In this document: piece by piece, positions 14,650-26,400 of the stretch | Layout of the letters: the number at the start of each line of letters is the position of its first letter | How positions within the stretch are numbered: the stretch's first letter is position 1 | Notes under the pieces: generated by a model | Databases searched by the model: none | Seen by the model: only the letters and a program-made list of their open reading frames with translations | Told to the model about the DNA's origin: nothing | Made by a program: the position numbers and the translations under genes | DNA from: Eledone cirrhosa | Taxonomy: Eukaryota | DNA length: 64,000 nucleotides | Reading direction: 5' to 3' | Assembly (NCBI GenBank): GCA_964016885.1 | Contig: OZ024740.1 | Location: 29,202,001 to 29,266,000, forward strand

Positions 14650-16500
14650 TATATCACTCATCTCCTGGGGACCAGGCTGCACAAATTCAATGGGGGTGTT
14701 GGAGGGATTGTTTGGCGGGGTGGTGGTCTCTGGCGGGGTGGGGACAGAGATGTTTGGTGGGGAGGGGTGTCAGGTTGGGTGGAGGTGTCTGGGGTGGGAG
14801 TGTCTGGGGTGCGGGTGGGGAAACATTTCAAAAGGACGCGGTTATAGGGTTTGACGTAGGGGTTACCTACGTCGTCAGGAAATTTTTATTTAACTGTTTA
14901 TGTGTGTCCATGGAGATCCTAATCATTTTAAGATTAGGATTCTCCGAAGAGTGTGTAAAAGTTTTCCCTTCGGTCTCCACCGAAGGGTTTTTATATATGG
15001 TGTCTGTTAAAGTTTTATTGTTAGTATTTATGTAGGTGTAACATTTTTGTTGTGTTGTGTTGCTTTTTTTCTGTGGTTCTTTTGTGTGTTTACGTTTTGT
15101 AGTAGGTGTTTTGTTTTCAGGAGGGGGGTGGTTTGTTTGTGCTGTTTGCATCGCTTGTATTGGTGTTTGTTGCATTTTTGTTTGTGTTATGGCTTTTCTT
15201 TTTTTTTTACTGGTCGGAAAGGCTCTGGGTGACGATGATGAGGCCTCATCCGTGTTGTTGGGGAGGGGTACATTTTGAGGAGCTGTTATGTGTGTGGGTG
15301 TTTCTGGAGTTGTTTTATGGGGGGGGCTGTGTTTGCAGTTTGGTTTGTTTTTGTGTGTTGTTGTTGTGGTGGTGGTGGTGGTTGTGTTGTTGTGTTGGGT
15401 GTCGGCAGTACTGCCTTTTTTTTAATGCAGTTAATTGAGGACAGGAAGCCCTCAGGTGACCACTGCTTAAACAGTGGTAACATGAAGGCCGCCTACCCTC
15501 AAAAGAAATATTTATGTAGGAATTTCCATCCAGAGGCACACGTTGGGGGTATTCTAGCTATCCGTTCTGGTCTCATTTGGGCCAGAACTTCTAAGCTTTT
15601 ACCGTTGAATATGCCCCTGGATGACTTTCCTACCGAAATTACTGTATCTTCATCAAAATTGATGAAACCAGCTATTATCCACCAGATGTTTACATTTGGT
15701 GTGATATTTGTTATTTTTATTTTTGGGGTCCTTTTTCCCATGTATGTGGGGAAAAAGGTGTAGAGGGTGGACACAATTGGCGACACAGAATATTTCTGTG
15801 CCGTCAATTGGTCTTTCATTATTATTGATAAACTCCCGAAGAGTTTTCTTTTCTGTATGAAGGCAATGTCCTTCATGGAGTTTCTTAGAACCAGCTCAAT
15901 TTCGTTTTGAGTTAATTGAGCTGGTTTTCTGGTGGTATTTGAGATTGTCCTAAAAACTATGGTTTTCAGGGCAGTGTCTCTACGCAATTCTTGGGGAGAA
16001 GTGATGCTAAAAGCGCCATTCTCCGGCATTAGAGATGTCAATCTGTGTATATAGTTCTGTATTTTGGACAGTTTGTGAAAACGAAGCCTTTTTTCCTTGT
16101 TTGTGGAGTTGTTCTTGTTGGTGTTGTTGTCATTATTGTTGCTGCTGTTGTTGTCATCATTGTTGCTGTTGTTGTTGTTGTCATTGTTGTCGTTGTTGTT
16201 GTTTTTGTTGTTGTTGTTGTTTTTGTAGTTCTCAATTGCTTGATCTGTGGTTGCGGAATTCATTTGTGAGGTTGTGTTTTCGTTCATAGCATTGTTGTTA
16301 TTGTTGTTGCTGGTGCCGCTGGTTGTGTTGTTTTGGTTTGTTGCCATGGCAACGTCAAATTGTCGGTCAGCAGGTGGAGAAAATTCTTCCTCTGGCTGAG
16401 CTTTGTCTTTGACATCTGCTACTATGACAGTGGCAAGGGGATGCTGTAAGCATATCTTCCCCTTTCCTCCTTCGAATGTTGGTGAAGAAGCTTCAGCCAT
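14650..16500 (-). pseudogene. Tx1 ORF1 (gag-like, CCHC zinc knuckle), frameshifted
   Basis: ORF 15499-16500 continues after a frameshift into ISFEGRRPSCYHCLSSGHLRASCP (CX2CX4HX4C). Homologous to ORF 51456-51851 of copy C. Confidence 0.85.
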
Positions 16501-16707
16501 TTTTTTTAAATGCTAGCTTTTCCCCAAAAAAGCTTTTTATGCATTATTTCGCCTAAAGGCATAGAACATATTGAGAGACTGACCAGATCAAAATTTGACC
16601 TGGCAGTCCCTCTACAAGTTGATATAAAAATGAAAGTTCACAGTTAGGAATTTCTATAGAAATTTAGGCAGAACATACCCAGCAAGTTTCACGCGTGTGA
16701 CCATCGC

Positions 16708-16719
16708 AGATAGATAGAG

Positions 16720-16802
<83 letters not shown>

Positions 16803-16850
16803 GGGGAGATATATATAGGTATGTAGGTTGATGGATAGACAGATAGATAT
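16708..16850. repeat. (GATA)n/(GA)n microsatellite between Tx1 copies A and B
   Basis: Seen directly. Confidence 0.95.
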
Positions 16851-19258
16851 ATTTCTTTATTTGCCACAAGGGCGCACAAGAAAAGGGGACAATACAAAGA
16901 CACATGCCGGGGATTTTACATACAGTCGTGTGGTGGTTGAAACAAACAAATTCAACAATCGAAATCCCCAATAGTGGGAAGGCGTTTCGAATGGATTGTT
17001 TAATACCCCGTCGATAGAACAACCCTTAACTGTAGGAGCGTGTTGTGCAAGTGCTCCCTTCTTCCTTTTGCTCTCTTCTTTAACCTACAGGTTTATAAAC
17101 AGAGAAGGCCCAATCACTCGGGCCAATTTCGCTTCATTCACCCACCTTTCAGTAAATTTACTGGGGTGCAGTGCCTCTCTCTCCACTCTGATTCTCCTTC
17201 TAAAGTGATACTTAAAGAAAGGAATCAATTGTTGTCCGGAGAGAAAGGCATCTGTCCTCAGTCCTCTCAATCTCGTCCACCATATAACTTCTTTCACCAT
17301 AGCCACCGTACAGAGGAAAACCGCCTCTCTTTCGTTTTTGAAAGAGGCTGGCGGTTTGATCCTTGCTATGGATTCGGCAGTCAACTGGATTTGTCCCATA
17401 CGCGACAGCAGTTGTTCTGCATAGTTCCACAGGTCGCTTACGCCCGGGCAGTGTACAATTGCGTGCAAGACGGTTTCAATCTCCTGCTCGCATCTTGGAC
17501 ACGTCCTCTTGGAAGGATCTCGAACGGGTAGAGCTCCTCGGTAGCACTGCTAGGCCAGGGACCACTGGAAGTTGTCCATAGGTCCCGGGCTGAAAGTCAT
17601 ACAGAACAGACTGGAGAGCTCGTTGTCTTCGATGCCTAGAGTCTCCCCGAGCACGTCGTCACTTGTAAAGTATTAACCCTCTATAGAATGTCGAAGTGGA
17701 GTCTCCACTGATTGCTGTGCCCGCTTGACAGAGGACTGTGAGCGCCTGGGCACATTCAATGAGCCAGGCGCCCGTCTTCTTCGGTCTTCGCTTGCCCCAG
17801 GACTGCAGCTCCGTCAGCGAGACAAGTTGTGGGAAGGCCTGTCTCACAAACTGTGCCCACGCCGGTTGGTCGGTGAGGAATACCTGGAGATGCCATAGCC
17901 TGTTTCAAGGATAGTTTGCGCTCTGCCCACTTCTGGGTGAGCGCAAATACCTTGGCCATGACCTCATTCCAATTTTTCTCCACTTGGAGGTTCGGACCGA
18001 ACCAGACCCCAAGCAATTTCACCGGTCCTTCCTTCCAGCGTCCGGCGACGCTGTCGGACAGCATCGGTTTGCCTCTCCACGTTCCAAGTTGCAAACCGAC
18101 AGATTTGTCCGAGCTGAGTTTTGCTCTTGTTAGCCTTTCGTATTCCTGCAGTAAGTTGCTGATCGCCCCGATTTCCGAGGTTTTCGACACAATTACTGTC
18201 ACTTCGTCGGCATAAGCCAACGCCGCTTTTCGCAAGCCCGGTTCTAAAGGGATGCCCTACAAAAGCTCCAACTTCCGCAGTAGTGGCTCTAGAGTTAATA
18301 CGTACAGAATGGAGGATAGAGGGCATCCCTGTCGAATGGAACGCGTGATTGCGAACGGCTCCTTGACCTTCGAGAAGTTGCTGGTGTGCATCACCTTGAT
18401 CCAGCCTCTGAAAACGAGACCGAAACCGGCCGCCTTGAGAACCACTTCCAAGTATCGATGGTCGACCCTATCGAATGCCTTAGACTGATCTAAATTGATC
18501 AGAGCCCCACCGAAGCCGCGTTTACACCCCACCCTCTCTATGATGTATAGCATGAGGTGGAGGTTGTCGTGTATTGACCTGGTCGGGATGGCACACGTTT
18601 GCACTGTCCCTACTAGGGTTTCGACGACAAGCGCCAGCCTCGTTGCTAGCACATTGGCCAAAATCTTTAACTCTGTTACTACGCCCTTGCCTGCAGAACT
18701 GGGAATTGTCCCGTTCTGCTGCCTATTGCAGTAGACGGCTTCGAGGACGCCAGCGAACAAGTCCGGCATGCCTATGTAAAACTCATAGGGTAGACCATCT
18801 AGACCGGGTGATTTGCGTTTCCTGCAGTGGCCCAGAGCGTCTCATATCTCAGTGGCTGTGATCCGTCTTTCGCAGAACTCGGCGTCCATGCTCGAGAGAC
18901 GCGGCAGGCCGTCGAGGTATGAACCAAAGTCCATTGCCTCGTCCGGTGCACCGTCGTTCTGCTCAAACAGTCGCGCAAAGTGCCGCTGAAAGGCCACGCA
19001 CATCTGCCTGGGGCCAAGTAGCACGCGTCCGTTTTCGTCTTTCAAAGACCGAATCGTGGACTTGTTGTCCCTTTTCACTTCCGCCACTCGGGCCCAGCTA
19101 ACAGCTTTTGCTCCCTTGTTTCCTAGAGCACGTGATTTACTTCTGACCACGCAGCCTTCGTGTTTCGCGTCGAAGAACTGGTCCAGTGCCGTTCTCGATG
19201 CTAGCAATCTAGCTGCGTTGCCACTCCTAAGCGCCTCCTCTACCTTGGCTACTAGTTC
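16851..19258 (-). mobile_element. Tx1-group LINE, 5'-truncated, internally deleted (copy B)
   Basis: LDQSKAFDRVDHRYL, RQGCPLSSILYVL, AYADEVT, HAIVHCPG. Same 3' terminus as copy A next to GATA repeats. The 5' side abuts (GAA)n, not GATA. Confidence 0.95.
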
Positions 19259-19273
19259 AAAATATTGAATGAA

Positions 19274-19344
19274 AGAAGAAGAAGAAGAAGAAGAAGAAGA
19301 AGAAGAAGAAGAAGAAGAAGAAGAAGAAGAAGAAGAAGAAGAAG

Positions 19345-19382
<38 letters not shown>

Positions 19383-19383
19383 C
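19274..19383. repeat. (GAA)n(CAA)n compound microsatellite
   Basis: Seen directly. May be the tail of the adjacent minus-strand SINE. Confidence 0.95.
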
Positions 19384-19399
19384 TCTAATAGATTTCCGT

Positions 19400-19708
19400 T
19401 TGTCACTACGAGACTAGCTTGTATGTTTGTTAAAAAGATAAATCTTACTTCTGAAATTATCCCAAAACGCTGCCAATTAACTAATAGCTGAGTTGTAGGG
19501 AAACCAGTCAAGATCCCAGCCCTCATTCACTTACCGGGTGAAGTGGAACTCGCTGGAGGACCAGTGGAAACCGGTCGCAACTCCTGGCAGAAGGAACAAC
19601 ATGAAATAAAGTGTCTTGCTCAAGGATATAACGCATTGCCCAGTCTGGGAAACGACCTCGCAACTTCACGATTACAAACCCAATTCTCTAACCTCTAAGC
19701 TACTCGTA
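19400..19708 (-). mobile_element. tRNA-derived SINE, decayed
   Basis: Reverse complement has a tRNA-like head followed by tccttgagcaagacactttatttc. A related copy lies at ~34400-34580 (accggtcgcaactcctggcagaa shared). Confidence 0.65.
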
Positions 19709-20123
19709 TATATGTTTGTGTGTTAGGTAATTCCGAAGGAAAAGCAAAGGAAAACAGAGTGCTCTGTGTATAGAACAGAGCTATTTAATTAGAAATTGAA
19801 GTACACAAAATATAACTACTCCATTACCAAAGGTTTCTGGATCCCAGACGATAATAATATACGTCTGGATCGGTCGTCAGACAGGGATGTTATAGATAAA
19901 AGATTTTTCTCTGATGCACACCTAATGCAATCAGAAACTAATCGGACCAATTGTACATTTGTCTGCTCTCAGAAAAATGCCACCTCTTACATAACCACTC
20001 TTTACAGTGAAGTTAAAATTGTATATTTATTAGCAGAAGGGCAACCTTACGTTTCAAACTACTTAACATCAATATAAGGATTAGAATTTCTCGAAATCTT
20101 ACACGGCGATCTTTACACTGACC

Positions 20124-20320
20124 TATACGAGTGTCGGCTGAAAAGTTGGCTGAGCAAGATACTCTCATGGAATGTGACGAAATGAGGTTTATTTCTCAAC
20201 ATAGTCCCCCTTGAGGTCACCGCACGTCTTCCATCAGTGTTGTAGTACGTGGTTCCCATTTGTGAAGAAGCAATCCTCCTGTTGGTCAAACAAGTCATCA
20301 ACAGCAGTTATGACGTGAGA
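20124..20320 (+). mobile_element. Tc1/mariner-type terminal fragment (MITE-like)
   Basis: Starts TA-cgagtgtcggctgaaaagtt, resembling mariner TIR ends. caagatactctcatggaatg...gaggtttattt..caacat is repeated at ~32985-33060. Confidence 0.55.
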
Positions 20321-20423
20321 TATATTCACACAAGCCAACGTGAAAGCCTCTATGTGGCCGCTTGAACTGCTAGAAATAGTAAACAAACTATCTAAATTCA
20401 CAACCTGCACCTTAAATCTTTAT

Positions 20424-23400
20424 GGTGTGATGGTGCTGGTGGTGGTGGTGATGCTGGTTGTGTGATAGTGCTGGTGGTGATGGTGGTGGTGTGATGGTGC
20501 TCGTGGTGGTGGTGTGGTGGTGGCGTTGGTGTTGGTGTTGGCCGTGGTGGTGGTGGCGGTGGTTGTGGTTGTGGTGGTGGTGGAAGTGGTGGTGGTGGTT
20601 ATGGTGGTGATGGTGGTGATGGTGCTGGTGGTGGTGGTGTGATGGTGCTGGTGGTGGTAGTGGAGATGGTGCTCGTGGTGGTGTGATGGTGCTGGTGGCG
20701 GTGGTAATGGTGTGATGGTACTGGTAGTGGTGGTTGTGGTAGTGGTGGTGGTGGTGGTGGTGGTGGAAGTGGTGGTGGTGGTGGGGGTGTGATGGTGCTG
20801 GTTGTGTGTGGTGGTGGTGGTGGTATGTTGGTTGTGGTTGTTTGTGGTTGTTTGTGGTGGTGGTATGTTGGTTGTGGTTGTTTGTGGTGGTATGTTGTGA
20901 TGGTAGCGTTGGTGGTATTGTTGGTGGTATGTTGTGACGGTAGCGTTGGTGGTGGTTGTGTGTGGTGGTATGTTGTGATGGTAGTGTTGATGGTGGTTGT
21001 GTGTGGTGGTATGTTGTGATGGTAGTGTTGGTGGTAGTGTTGGTGGTGTTTGTGTGTGGGAGTATGTTGTGATGGTAGTGTTGGTGGTAGTGTTGGTTGT
21101 GGTTGTGTGTGGTGGTATATTGAGATGGTAGCGTTGGTCTTAGTGTTGGTGTTGGTTGTGTGTGATGATATTTTGTGATGGTATGTGGTGATGGTAGTGT
21201 TGGTGGTGGTTGTGTGTGGTGGTATGTTGTGATGGTAGTGTTGATGGTGGTTGTGTGTGGTGGTATGATGTGATGGTAGTGTTAGTGGTAGTGTTGGTGG
21301 TGGTTGTATGTGGGAGTATGTTGTGATGGTAGTGTTGGTGGTAGTGTTGGTGGTGGTTGTGTGTGGTGGTATGTTGAGATGGTAGTGTTGGTGGTGGTTG
21401 TGTGTGGTGGTATGTTGTGATGGTAGTGTTGGTGGTAGTGTTGGTGGTGGTTGTGTGTGGTGGTATGTTGTGATGGTAGTGTTGGTGGTAGTGTTGGGGG
21501 TGGTTCTGTGTGGTGGTATGTTGTGATGTTATTGTTGGTGATAGTCTTGTTGGTGTTTGTGTGTGGTGGTAGTTGTGATGGTAGTGTAGTTGGTGGTTGT
21601 GTGTGGGGCTATGTTGTGATGGTAGTGTTGGTGGTAGTGTAGGTGGTAGTTTTGTGTGGTGGTATTTTGTGATGATAGTGTTGGTGATATTGTTGGTGGT
21701 GGTTGTGTGTGGTGGTAGTTGTGATGGTAGTGTTGTTGGTGGTTGTGTGTGGTGCTATGTTGTGATGGTAGTGTTGGTGGTAGTGTTGGTGGTGGTTGTG
21801 TGTGGTGGTATGTTGTGATGGTAGTGTTGGTGGTAGTGTTGGTTGTGGTTGTGTGTGGTGGTATGTTGTGATGGTAGTGTTGGTGGTGGTTGTGTGCGAT
21901 GTGGTATGTTGTGATGGTAGTGTTGGTGGTAGTGTTGGTGGTGGTTGTGTGTGGTGGTATGTTGTGATGGTAGTGTTGGTGGTAGTGTTGGGGGTGGTTC
22001 TGTGTGGTGGTATGTTGTGATGGTAGTGTTGGTGATAGTCTTGTTCGTGGCTGTGTGTGGTGGTAGTTGTGATGGTAGTGTTGGTGGTAGTGTTGGTGGT
22101 AGTTGTGTGTGGTGGTATATTGTGATGGTAGTGTTGGTGGTGGTTGTGTGTGGTGGTATGTTTTGATGGTAGTGTTGGTGATAGTGTTGGTGGTGGTTGT
22201 GTGTGGTGCTAGTTGTGATGGTAGTGTTGTTGGTGGTTGTGTGTGGTGCTATGTTGTGATTGTAGTGTTGGTGGTAGTGTTGATGGTGGTTGTGTGTGGT
22301 GGTATGTTGTGATGGTAGTGTTGGTGGTGGAGGTGGTGGTGGTTGTGTGTGGAGGTATGTTGTGATGGTAGTGTTGGTGGTGGTTGTGTGTGGTTGTATG
22401 TTGTGATGGTAGTGTTCGTGGTAGTGTTGGTGGTGGAGGTGGTGGTGGTTGTGTGTGGAGGTATGTTGTGATGGTAGTGTTGGTGGTGGTTGTGTGTGGT
22501 GGTATGTTGTTATGGTAGTGTTGGTGGTAGTGTTGGTGGTGGTTGTGTGTGGTGATATGTTGTGATGGTAGTGTTGGTGGTAGTGTTGGTGGTAGTGTTG
22601 ATGGTAGTTGTGTGTGGTTGTATGTTGTGATGGTAGTGTTGGTGGTAGTGTTGATGGTGGTGTTGGTGGTGGTTGTGTGTGGTGGTATGTTGTGATGGTA
22701 GTGTTGGTGGTGGTTGTGTGTGGCATTATGTTGTGATGGTAGAGTTGGTGGTGGTTTTGGTGGTGGTTGTGTGTGTTGGTATGTTGTGATGGTAGTTTTG
22801 GTTGTAGTGTTGGTGATGGTTGTGTGTGGTGGTAGTGTTGTGATGGTTGTGTTGGTGGTAGTGTTGGTGGTGGTTCTGTGTGGTGGTATGTTGTGATGGT
22901 AGTGTTGCTGGTGGTTGTGTGTGGTGGTATGTTGTGATGGTAGTGTTGTTGGTAGTGTTTGTGGTGGTTGTGTGTAGTGGTATGTTGTGACGGTAGTGTT
23001 GGTGGTGGTTGTGGTTCTGTGTGGTGGTATGTTGTGATGGTAGTGGTGGTGGTAGTGTTGGTGGTGGTTGTGTGTGGGAGTATGTTGTGATGGTAGTGTT
23101 GGTTGTGGTTGTGTTTGGTGGTATGTTGAGATGGTAGTGTTGGTGGTGGTTGTGTGTGGTGGTATGTTGTCTTGGTAGTGTTGTGATGGTAGTGTTGTGG
23201 TGGTTGTGTTGGTGGTAATGTTGGTGGTGGTTGTGTGTGGTTGTATGTTGTGATGGTTATGTTGGTGGTAGTGTGGGTGGTGGTTGTGTGTGGTGTTATA
23301 TTGTGATGGTAGGGTTGGTTGTGGTTGTGTGTGGGATTATGTTGTGATGGTAGTGTTGGTGGTAGTGTTGCTGGTAGTTGCGTGTGGGAGTATGTTACGA

Positions 23401-26400
23401 TGCTAGTGGTGGTTGTGTGTGGTGGCATGTTGTGATGGTAGTGTTGGTGGTAGTGTTGGTGTTGGTTGTGTATAGTGGTATATTGTGATGGTAGTGTTGG
23501 TGGTGCTGGTTGTGTGTGGTGGTATGTTGTGATGGTAGTGTTGGTGGTATTGTTGGTGGTGGTTGGGTGTGGTTGTATGATGTGATGGTAGTGATGGTGG
23601 TAGTGTTGGTGGTAGTGTTGGTTGTGGTTGTGTGTGGTGGTATGTTGTGATGGTAGTGTTGATGGTGGTTGTGTGTGGTGGTATGTTGTGATGGTAGTGT
23701 TGGTGGTAGTGTTGGTGGCGTTTGTGTGTGGGAGTATGTTGTGATGGTAGTGTTGGTGGTAGTGTTGGTTGTGGTTGTGTGTGGTGGTATATTGAGATGG
23801 TAGCGTTGGTGGTAGTGTTGGTGGTGGTTGTGTGTGATGATATGTTGTGATGGTAGTGTTGGTGGTAGTGTTGGTGGTGGTTGTGTGTGGTGGGATGATG
23901 TGATGGTAGTGTTGGTGGTAGTGTTGGTGGTGGTTGTATGTGGGAGTATGTTGTGATGGTAGTGTTGGTGGTAGTGTTGGTGGTGGTTGTGTGTGGTGGT
24001 ATGTTGAGATGGTAGTGTTGGTGGCAGTGTTGGTGGTGGTATGTTGAGATGGTAGTGTTGGTGGTAGTGTGTCGGTGGTATGTTGAGATGGTAGTGTTGG
24101 TGATTGTCATAGTGGTGGTTGTGTGTGGTGGTAGTTGTGATGGTAGTGTTGTTGGTGGTTATGTGTGGTGTTATATTGTGATGGTAGTGTTGGTGGTAGT
24201 GTTTGTGGTGGTTGTGTGTAGTGGTATGTTCTGATTGTAGTGTTGGTGGTGGTGGTTGTGTGTGGTGGTATGTGGTGATGGTAGTGTTGGTAGTAGTGTT
24301 GGGGGTGGTATGTTGTGATGGTAGTGTTGGTGCTATTGTTGGTGGTGGTTGTGTATGGTGGTATGTTGTGACGGTAGTGTTGGTGGTGTTGTGTGTGTTG
24401 TGGTATGTTGTGATGGTAGTGTTGGTGGTGGTTGTGTGTGATGGTATGTTGTGATGGTAGTGTTGGTGGTAGTGTTGGTGGTGGTTGTGTGTGGTGGTAT
24501 GTTGTGATGGTAATGTTGTGGTAGTGTTGGGGGTGGTTCTGTGTGTTGGTATGTTGTGATGGTAGTGTTGGTGATAGTCTTGTTGGTGGTTGTGTGTGGT
24601 GGTAGTTGTGATGGTAGTGTTGTTGGTGGTTGTGTGTGGGGCTATGTTGTGATGGTAGTGTTGGTGGTAGTGTTGGTGGTAGATGTGTGTGGTGGTATGT
24701 TGTGATGGTAGTGTTGGTGGTGGTTGTGTGTGGTGGTATGTTGTGATGATAGTGTTGGTGATAGTGTTGGTGGTGGTTGTGTGTGGTGGTAGTTGTGATG
24801 GTAGTGTTGTTGGTGGTTGTGTGTGGTGCTATGTTGTGATGGTAGTGTTGGTGGTAGTGTTGGTGGTGGTTGTGTGTGGTGGTATTTTTTGATGGTAGTG
24901 TTGGTGGTAGTGTTGGTTGTGGTTGTGTGAGGTGGTATATTGTGACGGTAGTGTTGGTGGTGGTTGTGTGTGGTGGTATGTTGTGATGGTTGTGTGTGGT
25001 GATATGTTGTGATGGTACTGTTGGTGGTAGTGTTGGTGGTGGTTGTGTGTGGTTGTATTTTGTGATGGTAGTGTTGGTGGTAGTGTTGGTGGTGGTGTTG
25101 GTGGTGGTTGTATGTGGTGGTATGTTGTGATGGTAGTGTTGGTGGTGGTTGTGTGTGGGAGTATGTTGTGATGGTAGAGTTGGTGGTGGTTTTGGTGGTG
25201 GTTGTGTGTGGTGGTATGTTGTGATGGTAGTGTTGTTGGTAGTGTTTGTGGCGGTTGTGTGTAGTGGTATGTTGTGACGGTAGTGTTGGTGGTGGTTGTG
25301 TGCGATGTGGTATGTTGTGATGGTAGTGTTGGTGGTGGTTGTGTTGGTGGTAGTGTTGGTGGTGGTTGTGTGTGGTTGTATGTTGTGATGGTTATGTTGG
25401 TGGTAGTCTTGATGGTGGTTGTGTGTGGTGGTATATTGTGATGGTAGTGTTGGTTGTGGTTGTGTGTGGGACTATGTTGTGATGGTAGTGTTGGTGGTAG
25501 TGTTGGTGGTAGTTGTGTGTGGGAGTATGCTACGATGGTAGTGGTGGTTGTGTGTGGTCGTAGTGTTGCGATGCTAGCGTTGGTGGTGGTGTTGGTGGTG
25601 GCTGTGTGTGGTGGTGTGTTGTGATGGTAGAGTCAGTGGTAGTGTTGGTGGTGGTTGTGTGTGGGAGTATGTTGTGCTGGTAGTGTTGGTTGCGGTTGTG
25701 TGTGTTGGTATCTTGAGATGGTAGTGTTGGTGGCAGTGTTTGTGGTGGTTGTGTGTAGTGGTATGTTGTGATAGTAGTGTTGGTGGTGGTGGTTGTTTCT
25801 GGTGGTATGTTGTGATGGTAGTGTTGGTGGTGGTTGTGTGTGGTGGTATTTTGTGATGGTAGTGTAGGTGGTAGTGTTCGCTGTTGTTGTGTGTAGGAGT
25901 ATGTTGTGATGGTAGTGTTGGTGGTGGTGTTGGTTGTAGTTGTGTCTGGTGGTAGTGTTGTGATGGTAGTGTTGGTGGTAGTTTTGATGGTGGTATGTTG
26001 TGATAGTAGTGTTGGTGATAGTGTTGGTGGTTGTTGTGTGTGGGAGTATGTTGTGATGGTAGTGTTAGTGGTAGTGTTGTTGGTGGTTGTGTGTAGTGGT
26101 AAGCTGTGATGGTAGTGTTAGTGGTAGTGTCGGTGGTGATTGTGTGTAGTGGTATGTTGTGATGGTAGTGTTGGTGGTGGTTGTGTGTTGTTGTATATTG
26201 CGATGGTAGTGTTGGTGGTAGTGATGGTGGTGGTATCTTGTGATGGTAGTGCTGGTGGTGGCTGTGTGGGAGATTATGTTGTGATGGTAGTGTTGGTGGT
26301 AGTGTTGTTGTAGTTGTGTGTGGGAGTATGTTACGATGGTATTGTTGCTGGTGGTGTTGGTGGTGGCTGTGTGTGGTGGTATGTTGTGATGGTAGTGTTG

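Larger units (their letters stand above)
11433..16707 (-). mobile_element. Tx1/L1-group non-LTR retrotransposon, near full length, decayed (copy A)
   Basis: ORF1 with zinc knuckle plus ORF2 with APE endonuclease and RT, in frameshifted pieces. 3' end carries AATAAA on the minus strand. Flanked by GATA repeats at both ends. Confidence 0.95.

Noticed and set aside
19258-19290. GATA flank at the 5' end of Tx1 copy B
   Set aside because: Not present; the junction abuts (GAA)n. Counted as an exception to the target model, possibly from later deletion or SINE insertion.
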